Of a DNA stretch of 64,000 bases, positions 16,301 through 38,600 are shown in pieces. How positions within the stretch are numbered: position 1 is the first letter of the stretch; each line of letters begins with the position of its first letter. Where the stretch lies: NCBI RefSeq assembly GCF_009914755.1, contig NC_060926.1; one strand, written 5' to 3'. The stretch comes from the human T2T-CHM13v2.0 reference genome, Homo sapiens. Below the pieces are notes generated by a model, which saw nothing but the letters and a program-made list of their open reading frames with translations, did not search any database and was not told the origin of the DNA. The position numbers and the translations under genes are program-made.

Positions 16301-17351
16301 GCCAACCAAACAAGAGAGCCAGCCAACCAAGCCAGCCAAGCCAGCCAGCTAGCCAAGCCACCCAGCCAGCCGGCCAGCCAAACCAGCCAAGCCACCCAGC
16401 CAGCCAAGCCAGCCAAGCCAATCAGCCAGCCAGGCAGACAGCCACCCAAGCCAGCCAAGCCAGCCAAGCCATCCAAGCCAGCCAGCCAGCCAGCCAGCCA
16501 AGCCAGCCAAGCCTCCCAGCCAGCCAAGCCAGCCAAGCCACCCAGCCAGCCAAGCCAGCCAAGCCACCTAGCCAGCCAGGCCCGCCAGCCAGCCAGCCAG
16601 CGAGCCAAGCCAGCCAAGCCTGCCAGCCTGCCAAGCCAGCCGGCCAGCCAAGCTACCCAATCCACTCAGCCACTCAAGCCAGCCAAGTCACCCGGCCATA
16701 TAAGCCAGCCAAGCCAGTCAGCCAGCCCAGACAGCCAAGCCAGCCAAGCCAGCCAAGCCAGCCAAGCCCGCCAACCAGCCAAGACAGGCATGCTAGCCAA
16801 GCCAGCCAGGCAGCCAAGCCAGCCAGGCAGCGAAGCCAGCCAAGCCAGCCAGCAAGCAAAGCCAGGCATGTCAGCCAAGCCAGCCAGGCAGCCAAGCCAG
16901 CCAAGCCAGCCAGCCAGCCAGGCCAGGCATACCAGCCAAGCCATCCAGCAAACTAAGCCAGCCGGCTAACCAAGCCAGCCAAGCCACCCAGCCAGCCAAG
17001 CCAGCCAGCCAAGCCAGCCAAGCCAGCCAAGCCAGCCAACCAGCCAAGCCAGCCAGCTAGCGAAGGTACCCAGCCAGCCAGCTAGCCAAACCAGCCAAGC
17101 CACCCAGCCAGCCAAGCCACCCAGCCAGCCAAGCCAGCCAAGCCAATCAGCCAGCCAGGCAGCCAGCCACCCAAGCCAGCCAAGCCAGCCAAGCCAGCCA
17201 AGCCAGCCAGCCAGCCAGCCGGCCAGCCAAGCCAGCCAAGCCTCCCAGCCAGCCAACCCAGCCAAGGCAGCCAGCCAGCCAAGCCAGCCAAGCCACCCAG
17301 CCATCCAAGCCAGCCAAGCCAGTCAGCCAGCCCAGACAGCCAAGCCAGCCA

Positions 17352-17384
<33 letters not shown>

Positions 17385-18760
17385 AGCCAGCCAGCCACCC
17401 AGCCAGCCAGCCAGCCAAGCCAGCCAGCCACCCAGCCAGCCAGGCCAGCCAGCCACCCAGCCAGCCAAGCCAGCCAGCCACCCAGCCAGCCAGGCCAGCC
17501 AGCCACCCAGCCAGCCAAGCCAGACAAGCCAGCCAAGCCAGCCAAGCCAGCCAGCCAGCCAGCCAGCCAAGCCAGCCAAGCCTCCCAGCCAGCCAAGCCT
17601 GCCAAGCCACCCAGCCAGCCAAGCCAGCCAAGCCAGTCAGCCAGCCCAGACAGCCAAGCCAGCCAAGCCAGCCAAGCCCGCCAACCAGCCAAGACAGGCA
17701 TGCTAGCCAAGCCAGCCAGGCAGCCAAGCCAGCCAGCAAGCAAAGCCAGGCATGCCAGCCAAGCCAGCCAACCAGCCAAGCCAGCCAGCTAGCCAAGCCA
17801 CCCAGCCAGCCAGCCAGCCAAACCAGCCAAGCCACCCAGCCAGCCAAGCCACCCAGCCAGCCAAGCCAGCCAAGCCAATCAGCCAGCCAGGCAGCCAGCC
17901 ACCCAGCCAGCCAAGCCAGCCAAGCCACCTAGCCAGCCAGGCCCGCCAGCCAGCCAGCCAGGCAGCCAAGCCAGCCAAGCCAGTCAAGCCCGCCAGCCAG
18001 CCAAGACAGGCATGCCAGCCAACCCAGCCAGGCAGCCAAGCCAGCCAAGCCAGCCAGCCAGCCAAGCCAGGCATGCCAGCCAAGCCATCCAGCTAGCTAA
18101 GCCAGCCAGCTAGCCAAGCCAGCCAAGCCACCCGGCCGGCAAAGCCAGCCAAGCCAGCCAACCAGCCAATCCAGCCAGCTAGCCAAGCCACCCAGCCAGC
18201 CAGCCAGCCAAACCAGCCAAGCCACCCAGCCAGCCAAGCCAGCCAAGACAGCCAGGCAGCCAGCCACCCAAGCCAGCCAAGCCAGCCAAGCCGGCCAAAC
18301 CAACCAACCAGCCAAGCCAGCCAGCCATCCAAGCCAGCCAAGACAGCCAGCCAGCCAAGCCAGTCAAGCCAGCCATACAGCCAAGCCAGCCAAGCCAGGC
18401 AAGCCACCCAGCCAGCCAAGCCATCTAGCCATCAAGCCAGTCAGGCCAGCCTGCCAGCCTGCCAAGCCGGCCACCCACCAAGCCAGCCAGCCATCCACGC
18501 CAGCCAAGCCAGTTAGCCAGCCAGCCAAGCCACCCAGCCAGCCAAGCCAGCCAAGCCACACAGCCAGCCAAGCCACCCAGCCAGCCAAGACAGCCAAGCC
18601 ACACAGCCAGCCAAGCCATCCAGCCAGCCAAGACAGCCAAGCCAGCCAAGCCATCCAGCCAGCCACACAAGCCAATCCAGCCAGCCAGCCAAGCAATCCA
18701 TGCCAGCCAAGCCATCCAGCCAGCCAAGCGAGGCGTCCGGCCAAGCCACCCCACCAGCCA

Positions 18761-18792
<32 letters not shown>

Positions 18793-18947
18793 CAGCCACC
18801 CAGCCAACTAAGCCAGCCAAGCCACCCAGCCAGGCATGCCAGCCAAGCCACCCAGCCAGCCAAGCCTGTCAGCCAGCAAACCAGCCAAGCCAGCCATGCC
18901 AGCCAGCCAGCCAAGCCATACAAGCCAGCCAGCCAGCCATGCCAGGA

Positions 18948-21723
<2,776 letters not shown>

Positions 21724-24700
21724 ACCAAGCCAGCCAAGCCAGCCAGCCAAGCCAGTCAAGCGACCCAGCCAGCCAGCCAGCCAGCTAAGCCACCCAACCA
21801 GCCAGCCTGCCAAGCCAGCCAAGCCAGCCAGCCAGCCAGCCAGCCAAGCCAGCCAAGTCAGCCAAGCCAGCTAGCCAGCCAAGCCAGCCAAGCCAGCCAG
21901 CCAGCCAGCCAGCAAAGCCACTCAGCCAGCCAGGCAGCCAAGCCAGCCAAGACAGCCAGCCAGCCAGCCAGCCAAGCCTGCCAAGCCAGCCAGCCAGCCA
22001 AGCCGGTGAAGCCACAAAGACAGCCAAGCCAGCCAAGACAGACAGCCAGCCAAGCCAGCCAAGCCAGCCAGCGAGCCAGTCAGCCAGACAGCCGGCAAGC
22101 CAAGCCACCCAACACAGCCAGCCAGCTAAGCCAGCGAAGGCAGCCAGCCAGCCAAGCCATCCAAGCCAGCCAGCCAGCCAAGCCAGCAAGCCAGCCAGTC
22201 AAGCCATCTAACCAGCCAGCCAGCCAGCCAGCCAGCCGGCCAGCCGAGCCAGACAGCCAGCGAAGCCAGCCAAGTCAGGGAGCCATCCAGCCAGGCAAGC
22301 CAGCCAAGCAAGCCAGCCAGCCAGCCAAGCCAGCCGAGCCAGTCAAGCTAGCCAGCCACCCAAGCCAGCCGAGCCAGTCAAGCTAGCCAGCCACCCAGCC
22401 AGCCAAGCCAGTAAAGCCTGCCAGCCAGCCAAGCCAGCCAAGCCAGGCAAGCCAGCCAGCCAGCCAAGCCAGGCAGCCAAGCCAGCCAAGCCAGCCAACC
22501 AGTCAAGCCAGTCAGCTAGCCAAGCCAGCCAAGCCACCCGGCCAGCCAAGCCAGCCAGCCAACCCAGTCAAGCCAGCCAACCAGCCAAGACATTCAGCTA
22601 GCCAAGCCGGCCAACCAGCCAGCCAGTCAAGCTGACCAGCCTGCCAGCCAACCAACCCGGCCAGACAGCCAAGGCAGCCAAGCCGGCCAGGCAGCCAAGC
22701 CAGCCAAGCCACTGACCCAGCCAAGCCACCCAGCCAGCCAAGCCAACAAGCCAGCCAAACCAGCCTGCCAGCCAAGCCAGCCAAGACATCCAGCCTGCCA
22801 AGCCAGCTGGCCAGCCAAGCTAGCCAATCCACTCACCCACTCAAGCCAGCCAAGTCACCCGGCCAGCCAAGCCAGCCAAGCCAGCCAGCCAGCCCAGACA
22901 GCCAAGCCAGCCAGCCTAGACAGCCAAGCCAGCCAGCCAGCCAAGCCAGCCGAGCCAGCCAAGCCACACAGCCAGCCAAGCCAGCCAGCAAGCCAGCCAG
23001 ACAGCCAAGCCAGCCAGCCACCCAGCCAGCCAGGCCAGCCAGCCACCCAGCCAGCCAAGCCAGCCAGCCATCCAGCCAGCCAGGCCAGCCTGCCACCCAG
23101 CCAGCCAAGACAGACAAGCCAGCCAAGCCAGCCAGCCACCCAGCAAGCCAGGCCAGCCAGCCACCCAGCCAGCCCAGACAGCCAAGTCAGCCAGCCAGCC
23201 AAGGCAGCCAAGCCAGCCAACCAAACAAGAGAGCCAGCCAACCAAGCCAGCCAAGCCAGCCAGCTAGCCAAGCCACCCAGCCAGCCGGCCAGCCAAACCA
23301 GCCAAGCCACCCAGCCAGCCAAGCCAGCCAAGCCAATCAGCCAGCCAGGCAGACAGCCACCCAAGCCAGCCAAGCCAGCCAAGCCATCCAAGCCAGCCAG
23401 CCAGCCAGCCAGCCAAGCCAGCCAAGCCTCCCAGCCAGCCAAGCCAGCCAAGCCACCCAGCCAGCCAAGCCAGCCAAGCCACCTAGCCAGCCAGGCCCGC
23501 CAGCCAGCCAGCCAGCGAGCCAAGCCAGCCAAGCCTGCCAGCCTGCCAAGCCAGCCGGCCAGCCAAGCTACCCAATCCACTCAGCCACTCAAGCCAGCCA
23601 AGTCACCCGGCCATATAAGCCAGCCAAGCCAGTCAGCCAGCCCAGACAGCCAAGCCAGCCAAGCCAGCCAAGCCAGCCAAGCCCGCCAACCAGCCAAGAC
23701 AGGCATGCTAGCCAAGCCAGCCAGGCAGCCAAGCCAGCCAGGCAGCGAAGCCAGCCAAGCCAGCCAGCAAGCAAAGCCAGGCATGTCAGCCAAGCCAGCC
23801 AGGCAGCCAAGCCAGCCAAGCCAGCCAGCCAGCCAGGCCAGGCATACCAGCCAAGCCATCCAGCCAACTAAGCCAGCCGGCTAACCAAGCCAGCCAAGCC
23901 ACCCAGCCAGCCAAGCCAGCCAGCCAAGCCAGCCAAGCCAGCCAAGCCAGCCAACCAGCCAAGCCAGCCAGCTAGCGAAGCTACCCAGCCAGCCAGCTAG
24001 CCAAACCAGCCAAGCCACCCAGCCAGCCAAGCCAGCCAAGCCACCCAGCCAGCCAAGCCAGCCAAGCCAATCAGCCAGCCAGGCAGCCAGCCACCCAAGC
24101 CAGCCAAGCCAGCCAAGCCAGCCAAGCCAGCCAGCCAGCCGGCCAGCCAAGCCAGCCAAGCCTCCCAGCCAGCCAACCCAGCCAAGGCAGCCAGCCAGCC
24201 AAGCCAGCCAAGCCACCCGGCCATCCAAGCCAGCCAAGCCAGTCAGCCAGCCCAGACAGCCAAGCCAGCCAAGCCAGCCAGCCAGCCAGCCAGCCAGCCA
24301 AGCCAGCCAGCCACCCAGCCAGCCAGCCAGCCAAGCCAGCCAGCCACCCAGCCAGCCAGGCCAGCCAGCCACCCAGCCAGCCAAGCCAGCCGGCCACCCA
24401 GCCAGCCAGCCAGCCAGCCAAGCCAGCCAGCCACCCAGCCAGCCAGCCAGCCAAGCCAGCCAGCCACCCAGCCAGCCAGGCCAGCCGGCCACCCAGCCAG
24501 CCAAGCCAGCCGGCCACCCAGCCAGCCAGGCCAGCCAGCCACCCAGCCAGCCAAGCCAGACAAGCCAGCCAAGCCAGCCAAGCCAGCCAGCCAGCCAGCC
24601 AGCCAAGCCAGCCAAGCCTCCCAGCCAGCCAAGCCTGCCAAGCCACCCAGCCAGCCAAGCCAGCCAAGCCAGTCAGCCAGCCCAGACAGCCAAGCCAGCC

Positions 24701-25796
24701 AAGCCAGCCAAGCCCGCCAACCAGCCAAGACAGGCATGCTAGCCAAGCCAGCCAGGCAGCCAAGCCAGCCAGCAAGCAAAGCCAGGCATGCCAGCCAAGC
24801 CAGCCAACCAGCCAAGCCAGCCAGCTAGCCAAGCCACCCAGCCAGCCAGCCAGCCAAACCAGCCAAGCCACCCAGCCAGCCAAGCCACCCAGCCAGCCAA
24901 GCCAGCCAAGCCAATCAGCCAGCCAGGCAGCCAGCCACCCAGCCAGCCAAGCCAGCCAAGCCACCTAGCCAGCCAGGCCCGCCAGCCAGCCAGCCAGGCA
25001 GCCAAGCCAGCCAAGCCAGTCAAGCCCGCCAGCCAGCCAAGACAGGCATGCCAGCCAACCCAGCCAGGCAGCCAAGCCAGCCAAGCCAGCCAGCCAGCCA
25101 AGCCAGGCATGCCAGCCAAGCCATCCAGCTAGCTAAGCCAGCCAGCTAGCCAAGCCAGCCAAGCCACCCGGCCGGCAAAGCCAGCCAAGCCAGCCAACCA
25201 GCCAAGCCAGCCAGCTAGCCAAGCCACCCAGCCAGCCAGCCAGCCAAACCAGCCAAGCCACCCAGCCAGCCAAGCCAGCCAAGACAGCCAGGCAGCCAGC
25301 CACCCAAGCCAGCCAAGCCAGCCAAGCCGGCCAAACCAACCAACCAGCCCAGCCAGCCAGCCATCCAAGCCAGCCAAGTCAGCCAGCCAGCCAAGCCAGT
25401 CAAGCCAGCCATACAGCCAAGCCAGCCAAGCCAGGCAAGCCACCCAGCCAGCCAAGCCATCTAGCCATCAAGCCAGTCAGGCCAGCCAGCCAGCCTGCCA
25501 AGCCGGCCACCCACCAAGCCAGCCAGCCATCCACGCCAGCCAAGCCAGTTAGCCAGCCAGCCAAGCCACCCAGCCAGCCAAGCCAGCCAAGCCACACAGC
25601 CAGCCAAGCCACCCAGCCAGCCAAGACAGCCAAGCCACACAGCCAGCCAAGCCATCCAGCCAGCCAAGACAGCCAAGCCAGCCAAGCCATCCAGCCAGCC
25701 ACACAAGCCAATCCAGCCAGCCAGCCAAGCAATCCATGCCAGCCAAGCCATCCAGCCAGCCAAGCGAGGCGTCCGGCCAAGCCACCCCACCAGCCA

Positions 25797-25828
<32 letters not shown>

Positions 25829-25983
25829 CAGCCACCCAGCCAACTAAGCCAGCCAAGCCACCCAGCCAGGCATGCCAGCCAAGCCACCCAGCCAGCCAAG
25901 CCTGTCAGCCAGCAAACCAGCCAAGCCAGCCATGCCAGCCAGCCAGCCAAGCCATACAAGCCAGCCAGCCAGCCATGCCAGGA

Positions 25984-28761
<2,778 letters not shown>

Positions 28762-31700
28762 ACCAAGCCAGCCAAGCCAGCCAGCCAAGCCAGTCAAGCG
28801 ACCCAGCCAGCCAGCCAGCCAGCTAAGCCACCCAACCAGCCAGCCTGCCAAGCCAGCCAAGCCAGCCAGCCAGCCAGCCAGCCAAGCCAGCCAAGTCAGC
28901 CAAGCCAGCTAGCCAGCCAAGCCAGCCAAGCCAGCCAGCCAGCCAGCCAGCAAAGCCACTCAGCCAGCCAGGCAGCCAAGCCAGCCAAGACAGCCAGCCA
29001 GCCAGCCAGCCAAGCCTGCCAAGCCAGCCAGCCAGCCAAGCCGGTGAAGCCACAAAGACAGCCAAGCCAGCCAAGACAGACAGCCAGCCAAGCCAGCCAA
29101 GCCAGCCAGCGAGCCAGTCAGCCAGACAGCCGGCAAGCCAAGCCACCCAACACAGCCAGCCAGCTAAGCCAGCGAAGGCAGCCAGCCAGCCAAGCCATCC
29201 AAGCCAGCCAGCCAGCCAAGCCAGCAAGCCAGCCAGTCAAGCCATCTAACCAGCCAGCCAGCCAGCCAGCCAGCCGGCCAGCCGAGCCAGACAGCCAGCG
29301 AAGCCAGCCAAGTCAGGGAGCCATCCAGCCAGGCAAGCCAGCCAAGCAAGCCAGCCAGCCAGCCAAGCCAGCCGAGCCAGTCAAGCTAGCCAGCCACCCA
29401 AGCCAGCCGAGCCAGTCAAGCTAGCCAGCCACCCAGCCAGCCAAGCCAGTAAAGCCTGCCAGCCAGCCAAGCCAGCCAAGCCAGGCAAGCCAGCCAGCCA
29501 GCCAAGCCAGGCAGCCAAGCCAGCCAAGCCAGCCAACCAGTCAAGCCAGTCAGCTAGCCAAGCCAGCCAAGCCACCCGGCCAGCCAAGCCAGCCAGCCAA
29601 CCCAGTCAAGCCAGCCAACCAGCCAAGACATTCAGCTAGCCAAGCCGGCCAACCAGCCAGCCAGTCAAGCTGACCAGCCTGCCAGCCAACCAACCCGGCC
29701 AGACAGCCAAGGCAGCCAAGCCGGCCAGGCAGCCAAGCCAGCCAAGCCACTGACCCAGCCAAGCCACCCAGCCAGCCAAGCCAACAAGCCAGCCAAACCA
29801 GCCTGCCAGCCAAGCCAGCCAAGACATCCAGCCTGCCAAGCCAGCTGGCCAGCCAAGCTAGCCAATCCACTCACCCACTCAAGCCAGCCAAGTCACCCGG
29901 CCAGCCAAGCCAGCCAAGCCAGCCAGCCAGCCCAGACAGCCAAGCCAGCCAGCCTAGACAGCCAAGCCAGCCAGCCAGCCAAGCCAGCCGAGCCAGCCAA
30001 GCCACACAGCCAGCCAAGCCAGCCAGCAAGCCAGCCAGACAGCCAAGCCAGCCAGCCACCCAGCCAGCCAGGCCAGCCAGCCACCCAGCCAGCCAAGCCA
30101 GCCAGCCATCCAGCCAGCCAGGCCAGCCTGCCACCCAGCCAGCCAAGACAGACAAGCCAGCCAAGCCAGCCAGCCACCCAGCAAGCCAGGCCAGCCAGCC
30201 ACCCAGCCAGCCCAGACAGCCAAGTCAGCCAGCCAGCCAAGGCAGCCAAGCCAGCCAACCAAACAAGAGAGCCAGCCAACCAAGCCAGCCAAGCCAGCCA
30301 GCTAGCCAAGCCACCCAGCCAGCCGGCCAGCCAAACCAGCCAAGCCACCCAGCCAGCCAAGCCAGCCAAGCCAATCAGCCAGCCAGGCAGACAGCCACCC
30401 AAGCCAGCCAAGCCAGCCAAGCCATCCAAGCCAGCCAGCCAGCCAGCCAGCCAAGCCATCCAAGCCAGCCAGCCAGCCAGCCAGCCAAGCCAGCCAAGCC
30501 TCCCAGCCAGCCAAGCCAGCCAAGCCACCCAGCCAGCCAAGCCAGCCAAGCCACCTAGCCAGCCAGGCCCGCCAGCCAGCCAGCCAGCGAGCCAAGCCAG
30601 CCAAGCCTGCCAGCCTGCCAAGCCAGCCGGCCAGCCAAGCTACCCAATCCACTCAGCCACTCAAGCCAGCCAAGTCACCCGGCCATATAAGCCAGCCAAG
30701 CCAGTCAGCCAGCCCAGACAGCCAAGCCAGCCAAGCCAGCCAAGCCAGCCAAGCCCGCCAACCAGCCAAGACAGGCATGCTAGCCAAGCCAGCCAGGCAG
30801 CCAAGCCAGCCAGGCAGCGAAGCCAGCCAAGCCAGCCAGCAAGCAAAGCCAGGCATGTCAGCCAAGCCAGCCAGGCAGCCAAGCCAGCCAAGCCAGCCAG
30901 CCAGCCAGGCCAGGCATACCAGCCAAGCCATCCAGCCAACTAAGCCAGCCGGCTAACCAAGCCAGCCAAGCCACCCAGCCAGCCAAGCCAGCCAGCCAAG
31001 CCAGCCAAGCCAGCCAAGCCAGCCAACCAGCCAAGCCAGCCAGCTAGCGAAGCTACCCAGCCAGCCAGCTAGCCAAACCAGCCAAGCCACCCAGCCAGCC
31101 AAGCCACCCAGCCAGCCAAGCCAGCCAAGCCAATCAGCCAGCCAGGCAGCCAGCCACCCAAGCCAGCCAAGCCAGCCAAGCCAGCCAAGCCAGCCAGCCA
31201 GCCGGCCAGCCAAGCCAGCCAAGCCTCCCAGCCAGCCAACCCAGCCAAGGCAGCCAGCCAGCCAAGCCAGCCAAGCCACCCGGCCATCCAAGCCAGCCAA
31301 GCCAGTCAGCCAGCCCAGACAGCCAAGCCAGCCAAGCCAGCCAGCCAGCCAGCCAGCCAGCCAAGCCAGCCAGCCACCCAGCCAGCCAGCCAGCCAAGCC
31401 AGCCAGCCACCCAGCCAGCCAGGCCAGCCAGCCACCCAGCCAGCCAAGCCAGCCAGCCACCCAGCCAGCCAGGCCAGCCAGCCACCCAGCCAGCCAAGCC
31501 AGACAAGCCAGCCAAGCCAGCCAAGCCAGCCAGCCAGCCAGCCAGCCAAGCCAGCCAAGCCTCCCAGCCAGCCAAGCCTGCCAAGCCACCCAGCCAGCCA
31601 AGCCAGTCAGCCAGCCCAGACAGCCAAGCCAGCCAAGCCAGCCAAGCCCGCCAACCAGCCAAGACAGGCATGCTAGCCAAGCCAGCCAGGCAGCCAAGCC

Positions 31701-32730
31701 AGCCAGCAAGCAAAGCCAGGCATGCCAGCCAAGCCAGCCAACCAGCCCAGCCAGCCAGCTAGCCAAGCCACCCAGCCAGCCAGCCAGCCAAACCAGCCAA
31801 GCCACCCAGCCAGCCAAGCCACCCAGCCAGCCAAGCCAGCCAAGCCAATCAGCCAGCCAGGCAGCCAGCCACCCAGCCAGCCAAGCCAGCCAAGCCACCT
31901 AGCCAGCCAGGCCCACCAGCCAGCCAGCCAGGCAGCCAAGCCAGCCAAGCCAGTCAAGCCCGACAGCCAGCCAAGACAGGCATGCCAGCCAACCCAGCCA
32001 GGCAGCCAAGCCAGCCAAGCCAGCCAGCCAGCCAAGCCAGGCATGCCAGCCAAGCCATCCAGCTAGCTAAGCCAGCCGGCTAGCCAAGCCAGCCAAGCCA
32101 CCCGGCCGGCAAAGCCAGCCAAGCCAGCCAACCAGCCAAGCCAGCCAGCTAGCCAAGCCACCCAGCCAGCCAGCCAGCCAAACCAGCCAAGCCACCCAGC
32201 CAGCCAAGCCAGCCAAGACAGCCAGGCAGCCAGCCACCCAAGCCAGCCAAGCCAGCCAAGCCGGCCAAACCAACCAACCAGCCAAGCCAGCCAGCCATCC
32301 AAGCCAGCCAAGACAGCCAGCCAGCCAAGCCAGTCAAGCCAGCCATACAGCCAAGCCAGCCAAGCCAGGCAAGCCACCCAGCCAGCCAAGCCATCTAGCC
32401 ATCAAGCCAGTCAGGCCAGCCAGCCAGCCTGCCAAGCCGGCCACCCACCAAGCCAGCCAGCCATCCACGCCAGCCAAGCCAGTTAGCCAGCCAGCCAAGC
32501 CACCCAGCCAGCCAAGCCAGCCAAGCCACACAGCCAGCCAAGCCACCCAGCCAGCCAAGACAGCCAAGCCACACAGCCAGCCAAGCCATCCAGCCAGCCA
32601 AGACAGCCAAGCCAGCCAAGCCATCCAGCCAGCCACACAAGCCAATCCAGCCAGCCAGCCAAGCAATCCATGCCAGCCAAGCCATCCAGCCAGCCAAGCG
32701 AGGCGTCCGGCCAAGCCACCCCACCAGCCA

Positions 32731-32762
<32 letters not shown>

Positions 32763-32917
32763 CAGCCACCCAGCCAACTAAGCCAGCCAAGCCACCCAGC
32801 CAGGCATGCCAGCCAAGCCACCCAGCCAGCCAAGCCTGTCAGCCAGCAAACCAGCCAAGCCAGCCATGCCAGCCAGCCAGCCAAGCCATACAAGCCAGCC
32901 AGCCAGCCATGCCAGGA

Positions 32918-35693
<2,776 letters not shown>

Positions 35694-38600
35694 ACCAAGC
35701 CAGCCAAGCCAGCCAGCCAAGCCAGTCAAGCGACCCAGCCAGCCAGCCAGCCAGCTAAGCCACCCAACCAGCCAGCCTGCCAAGCCAGCCAAGCCAGCCA
35801 GCCAGCCAGCCAGCCAAGCCAGCCAAGTCAGCCAAGCCAGCTAGCCAGCCAAGCCAGCCAAGCCAGCCAGCCAGCCAGCCAGCAAAGCCACTCAGCCAGC
35901 CAGGCAGCCAAGCCAGCCAAGACAGCCAGCCAGCCAGCCAGCCAAGCCTGCCAAGCCAGCCAGCCAGCCAAGCCGGTGAAGCCACAAAGACAGCCAAGCC
36001 AGCCAAGACAGACAGCCAGCCAAGCCAGCCAAGCCAGCCAGCGAGCCAGTCAGCCAGACAGCCGGCAAGCCAAGCCACCCAACACAGCCAGCCAGCTAAG
36101 CCAGCGAAGGCAGCCAGCCAGCCAAGCCATCCAAGCCAGCCAGCCAGCCAAGCCAGCAAGCCAGCCAGTCAAGCCATCTAACCAGCCAGCCAGCCAGCCA
36201 GCCAGCCGGCCAGCCGAGCCAGACAGCCAGCGAAGCCAGCCAAGTCAGGGAGCCATCCAGCCAGGCAAGCCAGCCAAGCAAGCCAGCCAGCCAGCCAAGC
36301 CAGCCGAGCCAGTCAAGCTAGCCAGCCACCCAAGCCAGCCGAGCCAGTCAAGCTAGCCAGCCACCCAGCCAGCCAAGCCAGTAAAGCCTGCCAGCCAGCC
36401 AAGCCAGCCAAGCCAGGCAAGCCAGCCAGCCAGCCAAGCCAGGCAGCCAAGCCAGCCAAGCCAGCCAACCAGTCAAGCCAGTCAGCTAGCCAAGCCAGCC
36501 AAGCCACCCGGCCAGCCAAGCCAGCCAGCCAACCCAGTCAAGCCAGCCAACCAGCCAAGACATTCAGCTAGCCAAGCCGGCCAACCAGCCAGCCAGTCAA
36601 GCTGACCAGCCTGCCAGCCAACCAACCCGGCCAGACAGCCAAGGCAGCCAAGCCGGCCAGGCAGCCAAGCCAGCCAAGCCACTGACCCAGCCAAGCCACC
36701 CAGCCAGCCAAGCCAACAAGCCAGCCAAACCAGCCTGCCAGCCAAGCCAGCCAAGACATCCAGCCTGCCAAGCCAGCTGGCCAGCCAAGCTAGCCAATCC
36801 ACTCACCCACTCAAGCCAGCCAAGTCACCCGGCCAGCCAAGCCAGCCAAGCCAGCCAGCCAGCCCAGACAGCCAAGCCAGCCAGCCTAGACAGCCAAGCC
36901 AGCCAGCCAGCCAAGCCAGCCGAGCCAGCCAAGCCACACAGCCAGCCAAGCCAGCCAGCAAGCCAGCCAGACAGCCAAGCCAGCCAGCCACCCAGCCAGC
37001 CAGGCCAGCCAGCCACCCAGCCAGCCAAGCCAGCCAGCCATCCAGCCAGCCAGGCCAGCCTGCCACCCAGCCAGCCAAGACAGACAAGCCAGCCAAGCCA
37101 GCCAGCCACCCAGCAAGCCAGGCCAGCCAGCCACCCAGCCAGCCCAGACAGCCAAGTCAGCCAGCCAGCCAAGGCAGCCAAGCCAGCCAACCAAACAAGA
37201 GAGCCAGCCAACCAAGCCAGCCAAGCCAGCCAGCTAGCCAAGCCACCCAGCCAGCCGGCCAGCCAAACCAGCCAAGCCACCCAGCCAGCCAAGCCAGCCA
37301 AGCCAATCAGCCAGCCAGGCAGACAGCCACCCAAGCCAGCCAAGCCAGCCAAGCCATCCAAGCCAGCCAGCCAGCCAGCCAGCCAAGCCAGCCAAGCCTC
37401 CCAGCCAGCCAAGCCAGCCAAGCCACCCAGCCAGCCAAGCCAGCCAAGCCACCTAGCCAGCCAGGCCCACCAGCCAGCCAGCCAGCGAGCCAAGCCAGCC
37501 AAGCCTGCCAGCCTGCCAAGCCAGCCGGCCAGCCAAGCTACCCAATCCACTCAGCCACTCAAGCCAGCCAAGTCACCCGGCCATATAAGCCAGCCAAGCC
37601 AGTCAGCCAGCCCAGACAGCCAAGCCAGCCAAGCCAGCCAAGCCAGCCAAGCCCGCCAACCAGCCAAGACAGGCATGCTAGCCAAGCCAGCCAGGCAGCC
37701 AAGCCAGCCAGGCAGCGAAGCCAGCCAAGCCAGCCAGCAAGCAAAGCCAGGCATGTCAGCCAAGCCAGCCAGGCAGCCAAGCCAGCCAAGCCAGCCAGCC
37801 AGCCAGGCCAGGCATACCAGCCAAGCCATCCAGCCAACTAAGCCAGCCGGCTAACCAAGCCAGCCAAGCCACCCAGCCAGCCAAGCCAGCCAGCCAAGCC
37901 AGCCAAGCCAGCCAAGCCAGCCAGCTAGCGAAGCTACCCAGCCAGCCAGCTAGCCAAACCAGCCAAGCCACCCAGCCAGCCAAGCCACCCAGCCAGCCAA
38001 GCCAGCCAAGCCAATCAGCCAGCCAGGCAGCCAGCCACCCAAGCCAGCCAAGCCAGCCAAGCCAGCCAAGCCAGCCAGCCAGCCGGCCAGCCAAGCCAGC
38101 CAAGCCTCCCAGCCAGCCAACCCAGCCAAGGCAGCCAGCCAGCCAAGCCAGCCAAGCCACCCGGCCATCCAAGCCAGCCAAGCCAGTCAGCCAGCCCAGA
38201 CAGCCAAGCCAGCCAAGCCAGCCAGCCAGCCAGCCAGCCTGCCAAGCCAGCCAGCCACCCAGCCAGCCAGCCAGCCAAGCCAGCCAGCCACCCAGCCAGC
38301 CAGGCCAGCCAGCCACCCAGCCAGCCAAGCCAGCCAGCCACCCAGCCAGCCAGGCCAGCCAGCCACCCAGCCAGCCAAGCCAGACAAGCCAGCCAAGCCA
38401 GCCAAGCCAGCCAGCCAGCCAGCCAGCCAAGCCAGCCAAGCCTCCCAGCCAGCCAAGCCTGCCAAGCCACCCAGCCAGCCAAGCCAGCCAAGCCAGTCAG
38501 CCAGCCCAGACAGCCAAGCCAGCCAAGCCAGCCAAGCCCGCCAACCAGCCAAGACAGGCATGCTAGCCAAGCCAGCCAGGCAGCCAAGCCAGCCAGCAAG

